This document shows, piece after piece, positions 19,619-28,487 of a stretch of 31,168 nt of DNA (its first letter is position 1; each line of letters begins with the position of its first letter). The DNA lies in NCBI GenBank assembly GCA_041611735.1, contig JBFIML010000045.1, forward strand, positions 1-31,168. Direction: 5' to 3'. A program made the translations under genes and the position numbers. The notes under the pieces are model-generated. The model had not been told where the DNA came from. It searched no databases and was given only the letters and a program-made list of their open reading frames with translations. This DNA comes from Myxococcota bacterium (GTDB lineage Bacteria; Myxococcota_A; UBA9160; PR03).

Positions 19619-19905
19619 GCATCTCGCCCATCGGCGAGGGCCCCGGGGTGGGCCGCTTCGTGGCCGAGGCGCTGCGCGTCGTGCGGGCCCAGCAGCGGGT
19701 GCGCTATCGGCTGGATCCCATGTTCACGACCCTGGAGGGCGACCTGGACGAGGTGCTCGCCCTGGTTCGGCGCATGCAGGAGGCGGTCTTCGCGGCAGGG
19801 GCGCAGCGGGTGTCCACGGTGATCAAGATCGACGATCGTCGGGATCGCCCCGTCGCCATGGAAGAGAAGCTGCGCTCGGTGGAGGAGCGGCTCGAAGGCT
19901 CCTGA
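19600..19905 (+). CDS. MTH1187/YkoF-like thiamine-binding family protein
   Basis: 101 aa; SISPIG, PMFTTLEG, RVSTVIKIDDRRD...EEKLRSV; SD GGAGG upstream. Confidence 0.88.
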   Translation: MAIVAVSISPIGEGPGVGRFVAEALRVVRAQQRVRYRLDPMFTTLEGDLDEVLALVRRMQEAVFAAGAQRVSTVIKIDDRRDRPVAMEEKLRSVEERLEGS

Positions 19906-19958
19906 TTCCAACACTCAAGAATTGCTTCCCGATTCCGATGGCAGCCGCGGGAATCGGC

Positions 19959-19986
19959 TTGCTCCCGGCCCGGATTCCAGTAGGAT
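19959..19986 (+). promoter_or_regulatory. Putative promoter of cysH (probably leaderless)
   Basis: TTGCTC, 16-nt spacer, TAGGAT (19981-19986), 7 nt before ATG 19994. Confidence 0.4.
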
Positions 19987-19993
19987 GTTCGTC

Positions 19994-20776
19994 ATGGCAG
20001 CCCCCGCCCCCCTGGCATCTGATAGAAAAGCCTATTCAGATCTAATACTTGGGCAGATCCGCTCGGGCCAGCTGGAGTCCCTGAACGCCCAGGAAATCCT
20101 TTCCTGGGGGATCAAGAATTTTCATCCGCGAATCGCCTTGTCGTGCTCCTTCGGGGCGCCCGAGGGGCTCGTGCTGCTCGACATGATGCACCGCCTGGAA
20201 CCCGCCTCGCGGGTCTTCGTGCTGGATACCGGGCGCCTCCCCCAGGCGACCTACGACCTGATCGACCGGGTGCGGGACCGCTATGGGAAGCCGGTGGAGG
20301 TGGTGTTCCCGGACGCCGCGGCCGTGCAGGCCATGGTGCGCCAGCACGGCTTGAACCTCTTCTACGAGTCCGTGGACAAGCGGCAGCTCTGCTGCCGCGT
20401 GCGCAAGGTGGAGCCCATGCGACGCTACCTGGCCGAGGCGGGCCTCGACGCCTGGGTCTCGGGCCTGCGGCGCGACCAGAACGTGACGCGCCAGGACGCC
20501 TCCAAGGTGGCCCTCGACGACCTGCACGGCGGCCTGGTGAAGCTGAATCCCCTGGCCGACTGGCACACGGAGCAGGTGACACAGTACGTCCGCAGCCACG
20601 ACGTCCCCGTCAACCGGCTCCATGCCGAGGGCTACCCTTCGGTGGGCTGCGACCCCTGCTCGCGCGCCATCCGCCCGGGTGAAGAGGCTCGTGCCGGCCG
20701 CTGGTGGTGGGAGCATGCGGATACGAAGGAGTGCGGCATCCATGCGGGCGAGGAGTTCGAGGGCTCGGGCATCTAG
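19994..20776 (+). CDS. cysH: Adenylyl-sulfate (APS) reductase, [4Fe-4S] type
   Basis: SFG, LDTG, CC pair (QLCCRVRKVEP), GLRRDQ, GYPSVGCDPCS (CxxC), RAGRW, ECGIH; CC plus CxxC marks APS rather than PAPS reductases. Start 19985 or 19994. Confidence 0.92.
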   Translation: MAAPAPLASDRKAYSDLILGQIRSGQLESLNAQEILSWGIKNFHPRIALSCSFGAPEGLVLLDMMHRLEPASRVFVLDTGRLPQATYDLIDRVRDRYGKPVEVVFPDAAAVQAMVRQHGLNLFYESVDKRQLCCRVRKVEPMRRYLAEAGLDAWVSGLRRDQNVTRQDASKVALDDLHGGLVKLNPLADWHTEQVTQYVRSHDVPVNRLHAEGYPSVGCDPCSRAIRPGEEARAGRWWWEHADTKECGIHAGEEFEGSGI

Positions 20777-21317
20777 CGCGGCGGCGGCGACGGGCCTCGA
20801 CCGGCGCAGCTTCCTGCTGGGTCTCGGTGCCCTGCTCCTGCTGCCGGGCCGGGCGCGGGGCGAGGCGGCTGCTTCCTGGACGCTTCCCGAGGCCACCGAG
20901 GAGCTCCTCCGTAGCAGTCCCTACGTGTACGTGTCCCCGCTTCGCGCCGATGGCGCCGAGAGCCGCTGCCACGGCGAGGTCTGGTACGGCTGGCTCGACG
21001 GCGCGGTGGTGCTCACCACGAGCACCGGCACCTGGAAGGCGCGGGCCGTGGCCCGCGGTCTCGACCGGGCCCGTCTGTGGGTGGGCGACTATGGGCGTTG
21101 GAAGCGCTTCCTCGGCCGCAACGAAGCCTTCCGGGCCGGACCGAGCTTCGTGGCCCGGGCCGGGTTGGTGGACGACCCGGCGCTCCTCGACCGGCTGCTT
21201 GCGCTCTACCGGGAGAAGTATCCGGCCGAGATCGGGCGCTGGGAGCCGCGCATGCGGAGCGGCCACGCCTCCCGCGACCGGGTCCTGATCCGCTACCAGC
21301 CGCTCGCCGCGCGCTGA
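20742..21317 (+). CDS. Tat-signal protein with probable PNPOx-like split-barrel (flavin/F420-binding) fold
   Basis: LDRRSFLLGLGALLLL...ARG signal; YVSPLRADG...EVWY...TWKAR...ARL...YREKY pattern; AAGGAG 10 nt before ATG 20742. Confidence 0.6.
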   Translation: MRARSSRARASSAAAATGLDRRSFLLGLGALLLLPGRARGEAAASWTLPEATEELLRSSPYVYVSPLRADGAESRCHGEVWYGWLDGAVVLTTSTGTWKARAVARGLDRARLWVGDYGRWKRFLGRNEAFRAGPSFVARAGLVDDPALLDRLLALYREKYPAEIGRWEPRMRSGHASRDRVLIRYQPLAAR

Positions 21318-21329
21318 GCCCCCGGGCCG

Positions 21330-21890
21330 CTACAGCACCAGGCGGTGGATCGCCTTGAACTCGGGCGCGCGGGCGTCCCGGAGCCATTCGAACAGCACGC
21401 TCTCGACACTGCCCGGCACGGCGCCGGAGTCGAGCATCTTGCGCCAGCCCACCTCGTCCTCCAGGGCGAAGCGGGCACTGATCGCGTCGCGCACCACGTG
21501 CACCCCGTGGCCCTCGGCCAGGAGCGCGTGCACGGTCTGGCTCACGCACACGTGGGTCTCGATGCCCGCCACCACCACCTGGTCCCGTCCGAGCTCGGCG
21601 AGCCGTTCGCGCAGCCCCGGGGCACCCAGGGCCGAGAAGCAGGTCTTCTCGAAGCGCACGGTTTGCTCGGGCAGGTGCCCCGCTACCTCCGGGCGGGTCG
21701 CGCCGAGGCCCTTCGGGTACTGCTCGGTGAGCAGCACCGGGAGGTCGAGGACGGCGGCGGCATCGAGCAGCCGGCTCGCGGCCTGCACCACCCGCTCCTC
21801 CTCGTGCAGTTTGCCGCGGTAGGACTCCTGCAAGTCGATCACCAGGAGCACCGACCGCTCCCGCTCCAGGACTCGCGCGTGCGCCTTCAA
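21330..21890 (-). CDS. Isochorismatase-family cysteine hydrolase
   Basis: VIDLQE, TEQYPKGLG, EKTCFSA, GIETHVCV (Asp-Lys-Cys triad); TTG 21890 with GGAGG upstream. Confidence 0.88.
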   Translation of the reverse strand: MKAHARVLERERSVLLVIDLQESYRGKLHEEERVVQAASRLLDAAAVLDLPVLLTEQYPKGLGATRPEVAGHLPEQTVRFEKTCFSALGAPGLRERLAELGRDQVVVAGIETHVCVSQTVHALLAEGHGVHVVRDAISARFALEDEVGWRKMLDSGAVPGSVESVLFEWLRDARAPEFKAIHRLVL

Positions 21891-21969
21891 CGGACCCCCT
21901 CCGACGAGCCTCAAGCCGTCCGGCCGTCCGGCCGATTCATGGCTGCGGAGCGTAACACGGAGAGGACCC

Positions 21970-22320
21970 ATGCCCCGTCGCAGTCCCCTTCGCCTCCTCG
22001 CCCTGGGCTCCGCCCTGGCAGCCCCCTTGCTGCTCACGCCCCATGGCGTGCGCGTGACGCACGCGGCGGAGGGGCATGCGGAGGAGACGGCGACGGACGG
22101 CGGCATCTGCCGGGTCGAGGACCCCGTCGCCTCGGCCGCTCGGCGCGTAGAGCTCCAGGCCCTGCTGCGCAGCCGCCTGGCGGAGGAGGCCAGGCGTGGC
22201 TCGGGATCCGACGTCGTGGTGCTGAACGGGCGTGGCTACAACTACGGCGGCGACCCGTCCATCCCCGACCCGCTGCTGCTCCGCTTCGAGGCCATCGCCC
22301 GCGGCGGCGGATCCGAATAG
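21970..22320 (+). CDS. Small secreted hypothetical protein
   Basis: SD GGAGAGG; basic N-terminus plus hydrophobic signal; fills the gap between neighbouring genes; VVVLNGRGYNY segment. Confidence 0.6.
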   Translation: MPRRSPLRLLALGSALAAPLLLTPHGVRVTHAAEGHAEETATDGGICRVEDPVASAARRVELQALLRSRLAEEARRGSGSDVVVLNGRGYNYGGDPSIPDPLLLRFEAIARGGGSE

Positions 22321-22336
22321 ACGCCCGCCCAGCGTT

Positions 22337-22366
22337 TTGACAGCCGCTCCCGGCGCTCCCTATGGT
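22337..22366 (+). promoter_or_regulatory. Sigma70-type promoter of the PDZ/GAF kinase
   Basis: TTGACA (22337-22342), 18-nt spacer, TATGGT (22361-22366), upstream of ATG 22385. Confidence 0.6.
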
Positions 22367-22384
22367 GTGAGCGAGCCGGAACCC

Positions 22385-24922
22385 ATGACTCCGAACTCGA
22401 CCGCGCGCTTCCGGCAGGCCACGGCGCTGCTGGCCGTGGCCTGGGCGCTGCTCGCCCTCGGCCTCGCGGCGCGTGGTTGGCTGCTCGCCGACGAGGCCCT
22501 GCATCCGCCCTTCCTGCTGGCGGGCTTCGCCGGTGACCCCTGGCGCATCGAGCAGGTGAGTCCCCTGGCGGCGGCCGCGGGCGTTGCGCCCGGGGATCGG
22601 GTGCTGGCGGTGGACGGCGCGTCCGTGGACCTGGCCATGCTGACCTGGGGCCGTCGCTTCCGAGCCGGGCAGGAGAACCACTACCGGATCCGCTCCACGG
22701 CAGGCCGCCAGTTCGAGGTGACGCTTCCGACGGTCCGGCGCACTGAGATCTCTCCTCCGCTGCTCACCTTCGTGGCGCTCACGCTGCCCCTGGTGGGAGC
22801 CGTGTACCTGGCGATCGGCTGCCTGGTCTGGGGGCTGCGCCCGGGCCGCGAGGCGTCCTGGGCGCTGCTGCTGTTCTGCTCGGCGATGGCCGCCGATCTC
22901 TTCGTGGCCCGGCCGCTCGGCGGTCCTGCCTGGGGCATCGCCTGGCTCAGCATCCCGTTGATCGGGGCCACGGTGTTCCATCTCTTCACCACCTACCCGG
23001 TCGAGCCCGAGTGGATGGTGCGTTACCGGGGGCTGCGTCCCCTGGCCTACGGCGTCGCGCTGCTGCTCGGCGGACTGGCCCTGGCCGAGGGTTCGCTGGG
23101 TGCCCCGCCGGGCGTCCTCAAGACCGCGGCCTTCTACTTCACCATCACCATCGCATGCTTCTGCTTCCTGCTGGCGGCCCGGGCGCGCCGCCGCCTCCGG
23201 GAGACCACCCTCGCCGCTCGCGCCGACGTGCTGTTCTTCGGGGCGCTGGTGAGCTTCCTGCCCGTGCTACTGGTGCTCGTGCTCCAGAACCTGTTCCAGA
23301 CCTCGCTGCCCTGGTACCTGGCCTTCCTGTGGTTCGTGTTCTTCCCGGTCGCCGTCGGCTACGGCATCGTGCGGCGGCAGCTCTTCGACGTGCGGGTGGT
23401 GGCGAAGTCCTCCGTCGTCTACGGGGCGGCGACGCTCGCCATCACCGGCCTCTACGCCTTCCTGATCACCTTCGCCAGCACCGTGGTGGCGCGCTTCGAC
23501 GTGAACGCCCAATCGCCCTGGTTCTCGGTGGTCTTCTTGTTCTTCGCGATCCTCGCCTTCAATCCCCTGCGCGACCGGCTGCAGCAGCTCGTGGACCGCG
23601 TCTTCGACCGGGACCGCTCGCTCTACCGCAAGGCGCTGCGCGAGATCTCCGAGGCCATGGTCTCCATGCTCTCCACCAAGGAGATCGTGGACCGCATCCT
23701 GGTGGCGCTCACGGACACCATGGGGGTGGAGCGGGCGCTGGTTCTGCTGCAGGACGAAGAGGGCGAGGCGCTCCAGGTGGTGGCTTCGCGCGGCGAGTGC
23801 GACCCCGAAGCCCTGGTGGCGAGGATCCCTCTGGCCCACCCGCTCTGGGAGCGGCTTCAAAGCGAGCGGCGGGAGCTCGCCCGCATCGATTCCGACGCCG
23901 TGACCGACCCGGAGCGACGCGAGGCGTGCCGCGACGTCTTCGACACCCTCGAGGTCGAGCTCCTGGTGCCGATCCTCTTCGGAGCGGAGCTCCTGGGCGC
24001 CATCGCGGTTTCCCAGAAGATCTCCGGCGAGCGCCTCACCTGGGACGACCGCCAGCTGCTACGCACGCTCGCCAACCAGAGCTCGAGCGCCATCGAGAAC
24101 GCCCGGGCCTTCGATCAGATCGCACGACTGAACGAGACCCTCGAGGGGCGCGTCGAGCGTCGCACCCGCGAGCTCCAGGACGCGCAGACGCAGCTCGTGC
24201 ACAGCGAGAAGATGCGTTCGCTCGGCCAGCTCGTGGCGGGCGTGGCCCACGAGCTCAACAATCCGATCGGATTCGTGCACGCGAATCTGCAGCTGCTCGA
24301 GGACTTCGTGGGGAGGCTGCTCTCCGCCCCGGAACACGGCGAAGAGGCGGTGCGCGCCGAGGAGGCGATCACGCGGCTGCTCGTCCGCAGCCGCGAAGGG
24401 ACGCAGCGGGTCAAGAAGATCGTGCAGGACCTGCGCACCTTTTCGCGCATGGACCGGGCGGATCTCGTCGAGGTGGATCTCAACCGCGAGATCGAGGGCA
24501 CCCTCTCCCTGATGGAGCCACGGCTGCGGTCCGGGATCCGCGTGGAGCGCGACTTCGGCGAGCTCCCGCCGGTGCGTTGCTACGCGGGTCAGATCAACCA
24601 GGTCTTCCTGAATCTGCTCATGAACGCCTGCGACGCCCTGGAGGGGAAGGGCCGCATCCGCATCCGCACCCGCGCCCTCGACGAGGGAGTGCGGCTCGAG
24701 TTCCACGACGACGGCCCGGGCATCCCGCCGGACCTGCAGGACCGCGTGTTCGAGCCCTTCTTCACCACCAAGGAGGTGGGCAAGGGCACCGGCCTCGGGC
24801 TCTCCCTCTCCCACGGCATCGTCGAGCGCCACGGCGGCCGCATGCTGGTGGGGTCGGCGCCCGGGCAAGGCACGACCTTCGTGATCGAGCTGCCCCTCGA
24901 CGCGACGCTCGCGGACGCGTAG
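22385..24922 (+). CDS. Membrane sensor histidine kinase (PDZ-like, multi-TM, GAF, HisKA, HATPase; NtrB-like)
   Basis: AAAAGVAPGDRVLAVDG (PDZ), many TMs, GAF ending LANQSSSAIENARAF, EKMRSLGQLVAGVAHELNNP, NQVFLNLLMNA, DDGPG, PFFTTKEVGKGTGLGL. Confidence 0.92.
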   Translation: MTPNSTARFRQATALLAVAWALLALGLAARGWLLADEALHPPFLLAGFAGDPWRIEQVSPLAAAAGVAPGDRVLAVDGASVDLAMLTWGRRFRAGQENHYRIRSTAGRQFEVTLPTVRRTEISPPLLTFVALTLPLVGAVYLAIGCLVWGLRPGREASWALLLFCSAMAADLFVARPLGGPAWGIAWLSIPLIGATVFHLFTTYPVEPEWMVRYRGLRPLAYGVALLLGGLALAEGSLGAPPGVLKTAAFYFTITIACFCFLLAARARRRLRETTLAARADVLFFGALVSFLPVLLVLVLQNLFQTSLPWYLAFLWFVFFPVAVGYGIVRRQLFDVRVVAKSSVVYGAATLAITGLYAFLITFASTVVARFDVNAQSPWFSVVFLFFAILAFNPLRDRLQQLVDRVFDRDRSLYRKALREISEAMVSMLSTKEIVDRILVALTDTMGVERALVLLQDEEGEALQVVASRGECDPEALVARIPLAHPLWERLQSERRELARIDSDAVTDPERREACRDVFDTLEVELLVPILFGAELLGAIAVSQKISGERLTWDDRQLLRTLANQSSSAIENARAFDQIARLNETLEGRVERRTRELQDAQTQLVHSEKMRSLGQLVAGVAHELNNPIGFVHANLQLLEDFVGRLLSAPEHGEEAVRAEEAITRLLVRSREGTQRVKKIVQDLRTFSRMDRADLVEVDLNREIEGTLSLMEPRLRSGIRVERDFGELPPVRCYAGQINQVFLNLLMNACDALEGKGRIRIRTRALDEGVRLEFHDDGPGIPPDLQDRVFEPFFTTKEVGKGTGLGLSLSHGIVERHGGRMLVGSAPGQGTTFVIELPLDATLADA

Positions 24923-24975
24923 GCTAGACGCCCCCGGCGCGGGAGCGCCTCCCGCCCCAGCCCCAGGAGCCCCCC

Positions 24976-26013
24976 ATGTCCTCGATCCGGCTCGGCCTCA
25001 CCACCGGCTACTCCGGAGCCAAGTACCGGCTCGACCTCGACCTGATCCTCGAGGCGGAGCGCCTCGGCTTCGACTCGGTCTGGACCGCCGAGGCGTACGG
25101 CTCCGACGCGGTCTCCCCGCTCGCCTACATTGCCGCCCGCACCACGCGCATCCGCCTCGGCACGGCCATCATGCAGATGCCGGCCCGCACGCCGGCCATG
25201 ACCGCCATGACGGCCATGACCCTGGATGCGCTGTCGGGAGGGCGCTTCATCCTCGGGCTCGGGCCGTCGGGTCCGCAGGTGGTGGAGGGTTGGCACGGCG
25301 TCCCCTACGGCAAGCCCCTCACGCGCACCCGCGAGTACGTGGCGATCCTGCGCCAGATCTTTGCGCGCGAGGCGCCCCTGGAGCACAAGGGCGTGCACTA
25401 CGAGATCCCGTACCGGGGCGAGGCGGCCAGCGGCCTCGGCAAGCCCCTGAAGAGCATCTTGCACGGCCGCGCCGACATGGAGATCTACACCGCCTCGATC
25501 GGGCCGAAGGGCATCGAGTGCAGCGCCGAGGTGGCGGACGGCTTGATCCCGGTGTGGATGAACCCGGAGCGCTTCGATCTCTTCGAGCCCCACCTCCAGG
25601 CGGGCTTCGCCCGGGCCGGAGGCGGTAAGAACCTCGCGGACTTCGACATCGCGCCCTTCGTCACCTGCATCCTGGGCGACGACGTGGAGAAGTGCCGCAT
25701 GCCGGTGAAGGGCATGCTGGCGCTCTACATCGGCGGCATGGGTGCTCGCGGCAAGAACTTCTACAACGACTATGCCACGCGGTTCGGCTACGAGGCCGAG
25801 GCGCGCAGGATCCAGGACCTCTACCTGGACGGCAAGAAGGCCGAGGCCATGGCGGCGGTGCCGGACCGGCTGGTGGACGAGATCGCGCTGGTGGGGCCGC
25901 CCGAGCGCATCCGGGATCGGCTCGAGGCGTGGAAGGCCTCGCCCGTGCGGACGCTTCTCGTCGGCGCCGGCCAGCCCGAGGCGCTCCGCACCCTGGCCGA
26001 GCTCGCCCTCTAG
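24976..26013 (+). CDS. LLM-class (luciferase-like) oxidoreductase, probably F420-dependent
   Basis: [62 protein letters not shown], resembling the Rv3520c-type subfamily. Confidence 0.88.
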   Translation: MSSIRLGLTTGYSGAKYRLDLDLILEAERLGFDSVWTAEAYGSDAVSPLAYIAARTTRIRLGTAIMQMPARTPAMTAMTAMTLDALSGGRFILGLGPSGPQVVEGWHGVPYGKPLTRTREYVAILRQIFAREAPLEHKGVHYEIPYRGEAASGLGKPLKSILHGRADMEIYTASIGPKGIECSAEVADGLIPVWMNPERFDLFEPHLQAGFARAGGGKNLADFDIAPFVTCILGDDVEKCRMPVKGMLALYIGGMGARGKNFYNDYATRFGYEAEARRIQDLYLDGKKAEAMAAVPDRLVDEIALVGPPERIRDRLEAWKASPVRTLLVGAGQPEALRTLAELAL

Positions 26014-26019
26014 CCCCAC

Positions 26020-27336
26020 GTGTCGAACTCCCGGCGGGGGCGCATCGTCGAGCTGGACAAGCGGCGGGTCTGGCATCCCTACACGCCCATGGACGAGTAC
26101 CGCCTCGCGGTCGATCCCCTGGTGATCGAGCGCGCGGCGGGCGCGCGCCTGGTGGACGTGGACGGCCGCGAGTACCTGGACGGGAACGCCTCCTGGTGGG
26201 TCGCGACTCTGGGCCACAACCACCCTCGCCTGGTGGCGGCGCTCAAACGGCAGGCGGACCGCCTCTGCCACACGGCCCTGGCCGGGATCACCCACGCGCC
26301 GGCAGCGGAGCTGGCCGAAGCCCTGTGTGCCGTGGCGCCCGAGGGGTTGGAGCACGTCTTCTTCAGCGACGACGGTTCCACGGCGGTGGAGGTGGCCCTA
26401 AAGCTCGCGCTCCAGTACTGGGCCCAGAACGGCCGCCCGCAGCGGCAGGCCTTCGTGGCGCTGGAGGGGGCCTTTCACGGCGAGACCCTCGGCGTGGCGG
26501 CGCTGGGCGGCGTCGAGGTGTTCCGGCGCCCCTTCGAAGCGATCCTGGCGCCGTGTCTGCATCTGCCGTCGCCGGGAGACCCGGAGGTCGGCCTCGAGCG
26601 GGCCATCGCCGAGCTGGAGCAGTGCCTGGAGCGGGAGGCGCACCGGGTGGCCGCGCTGGTGCTCGAGCCCCTGGTGCAGGGCGCTGCCGGCATGCGCATC
26701 TACGACCCGGCCTACCTGCGCGCGGCGCGCACCCTGTGCGATGCCCACGACGTCTTCCTGGTGGCGGACGAGGTCTTCACGGGCTACGGCCGGACCGGTC
26801 TGCTGTGGGCTTGCCAGCACGCCGGAATCGCCCCGGATCTCCTGTGCACGGCCAAGGGATTCTCGGGCGGAATGCTCCCCATGGCGGCGACCCTGGCCAC
26901 CCGTCGCATCTTCGAGGGCTTCGTGGGCGGGCGGGAGCGCACCTTCTGGTACGGCCACTCCTTCTGCGGCAATCCGCTCGGGGCGGCGGTGGCCGGTGAG
27001 GTGCTGCGCGTGTTCCAGGACGAGCACATCCTGGAGCGTGCGAAGCCCAAGGCGGCGCGCGTGGCGCGCGCCTTCGAGGCCCTGGCGGACCTTCCCGGCG
27101 TCCGCCGCACGCGGTCGCTGGGGATGATCGGCGCCCTCGACCTGGCGGGCGACGAGGGCTACCTGGCCCGGGCGGGCTGGCGCGTCTTCGAGGAGGCGCG
27201 CCGCCGTGGGGCCTACCTGCGCCCGCTCGGCAACGTGGTCTACGTCACCCCGGCATTGACGATCTCCGACGACGACCTGGAGCGGCTGCTCGAGGTGCTC
27301 TCCGCGAGTGTCCGGGCCGTGGTGGGCGGCGCCTAG
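26020..27336 (+). CDS. bioA: Adenosylmethionine-8-amino-7-oxononanoate transaminase
   Basis: VWHPYT, ASWW, DDGSTAVEVALK, EPLVQGAAGM, DEVFTGYGRTG, AKG, GHSF, LRPLGNVVY. Confidence 0.88.
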   Translation: MSNSRRGRIVELDKRRVWHPYTPMDEYRLAVDPLVIERAAGARLVDVDGREYLDGNASWWVATLGHNHPRLVAALKRQADRLCHTALAGITHAPAAELAEALCAVAPEGLEHVFFSDDGSTAVEVALKLALQYWAQNGRPQRQAFVALEGAFHGETLGVAALGGVEVFRRPFEAILAPCLHLPSPGDPEVGLERAIAELEQCLEREAHRVAALVLEPLVQGAAGMRIYDPAYLRAARTLCDAHDVFLVADEVFTGYGRTGLLWACQHAGIAPDLLCTAKGFSGGMLPMAATLATRRIFEGFVGGRERTFWYGHSFCGNPLGAAVAGEVLRVFQDEHILERAKPKAARVARAFEALADLPGVRRTRSLGMIGALDLAGDEGYLARAGWRVFEEARRRGAYLRPLGNVVYVTPALTISDDDLERLLEVLSASVRAVVGGA

Positions 27337-28334
27337 ACCGCCGCGCCCCGCTCGCCGAGGAGATCTGCCGCGCTGCACGATTCCGGCCCGGCCCCGCGCG
27401 CGGCGGCCTCGCGCAGATGGCGGAGCACCCGCTCGTTGACCGGGGTCGCGACGCCATGGGCGGCGCCCAGGGCCGCGATCTGCTCGTGGAAGCGGTCCGA
27501 CTCGAGCGGGCGCCCGTGCCGAAGCGCAGTCCAGACGTGGTTGTAGAGCGGCAGGCGGCGGGCGCTCGCGCCGCGGGCCAGGGCGCTGCGCTGCCAGGCG
27601 ATCTCGTCGTCCAGGGAGCGGTCGCGCCCGTCGCCGGAGCGCGCCTCCACGCGGGCCGCGCGCAGCACGTCCCGCGCTTCCTCCAGGAGCCGGACCTTCA
27701 CCGAGACGAAGGCCGGGGTCGCGTGGTCCTCGCGACGCACCAGCGCGTTGGGTGCGCTCATCAGGTTGATGCACAGCTTGAGCCACTTGTCGGCCTGGAT
27801 GCAGGACGAGACGCCCGCGTCCCAGCCGGCCTCTCGCAAGGTCGCCGCGAGTGCGTCGGCGGCCGGATGATGGCCCGCCGGATGCAGCCCCACCACGATG
27901 CGCCCGCCGGGAAGCGCACGCACCCGATGCGAGCCGATGCGCGTGCAGGTCGGACGGAAGACGGCGCCGAGCACGCTCGGGAAGCGCTCGGCCAGGAGGG
28001 CTTCGTTCTCCACCCCGTTCTGGACCGAGACCGGGAGTGCACCGGGCGCCGCCCGTGCCAGGGCATCCGCCACCTCGCGGGTCTGGGTCGAGCGCACGCA
28101 CAGCAGGACCGGCTCCGGGCCGATCCGGTCCGCCGCGGCCTCGAGCCCTGCCGCGCAGGCCACGGCCTGGGCGCGGACGTCGTGGCTGGCCGGATCCTCC
28201 ACCTGGACGCCCTCGTGGGCGATGCGGTTCGCCTGCTCCGGGGAGCGCGTGACCAGCAGGAGCGGGTGGCCAGCCTCCGCCAGCCGTGCGGCCACCAAGA
28301 GACCCACGGAGCCGCCGCCCACCACGACCTGCAT
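27333..28334 (-). CDS. Ketopantoate reductase (PanE/ApbA)-like oxidoreductase
   Basis: VVVGGGSVG Rossmann motif, QNG, KWLKLCIN (catalytic Lys), GRPLE (catalytic Glu); ATG 28334. Confidence 0.75.
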   Translation of the reverse strand: MQVVVGGGSVGLLVAARLAEAGHPLLLVTRSPEQANRIAHEGVQVEDPASHDVRAQAVACAAGLEAAADRIGPEPVLLCVRSTQTREVADALARAAPGALPVSVQNGVENEALLAERFPSVLGAVFRPTCTRIGSHRVRALPGGRIVVGLHPAGHHPAADALAATLREAGWDAGVSSCIQADKWLKLCINLMSAPNALVRREDHATPAFVSVKVRLLEEARDVLRAARVEARSGDGRDRSLDDEIAWQRSALARGASARRLPLYNHVWTALRHGRPLESDRFHEQIAALGAAHGVATPVNERVLRHLREAAARGAGPESCSAADLLGERGAAV

Positions 28335-28487
28335 GGAGCGCGAGCCTAGCAGCGGACCTTCGCCCGCTGGCTCGCGGCGGGGACGAGTCCTGGGCTCACG
28401 GGTGACGACGCCCGCCGCGGAGCCGGCGTGGGTGTCGCCCCGCGCTGTCCTATGTTCCCGACGTTTCCTGGGCAGGAGGACGCTCCA

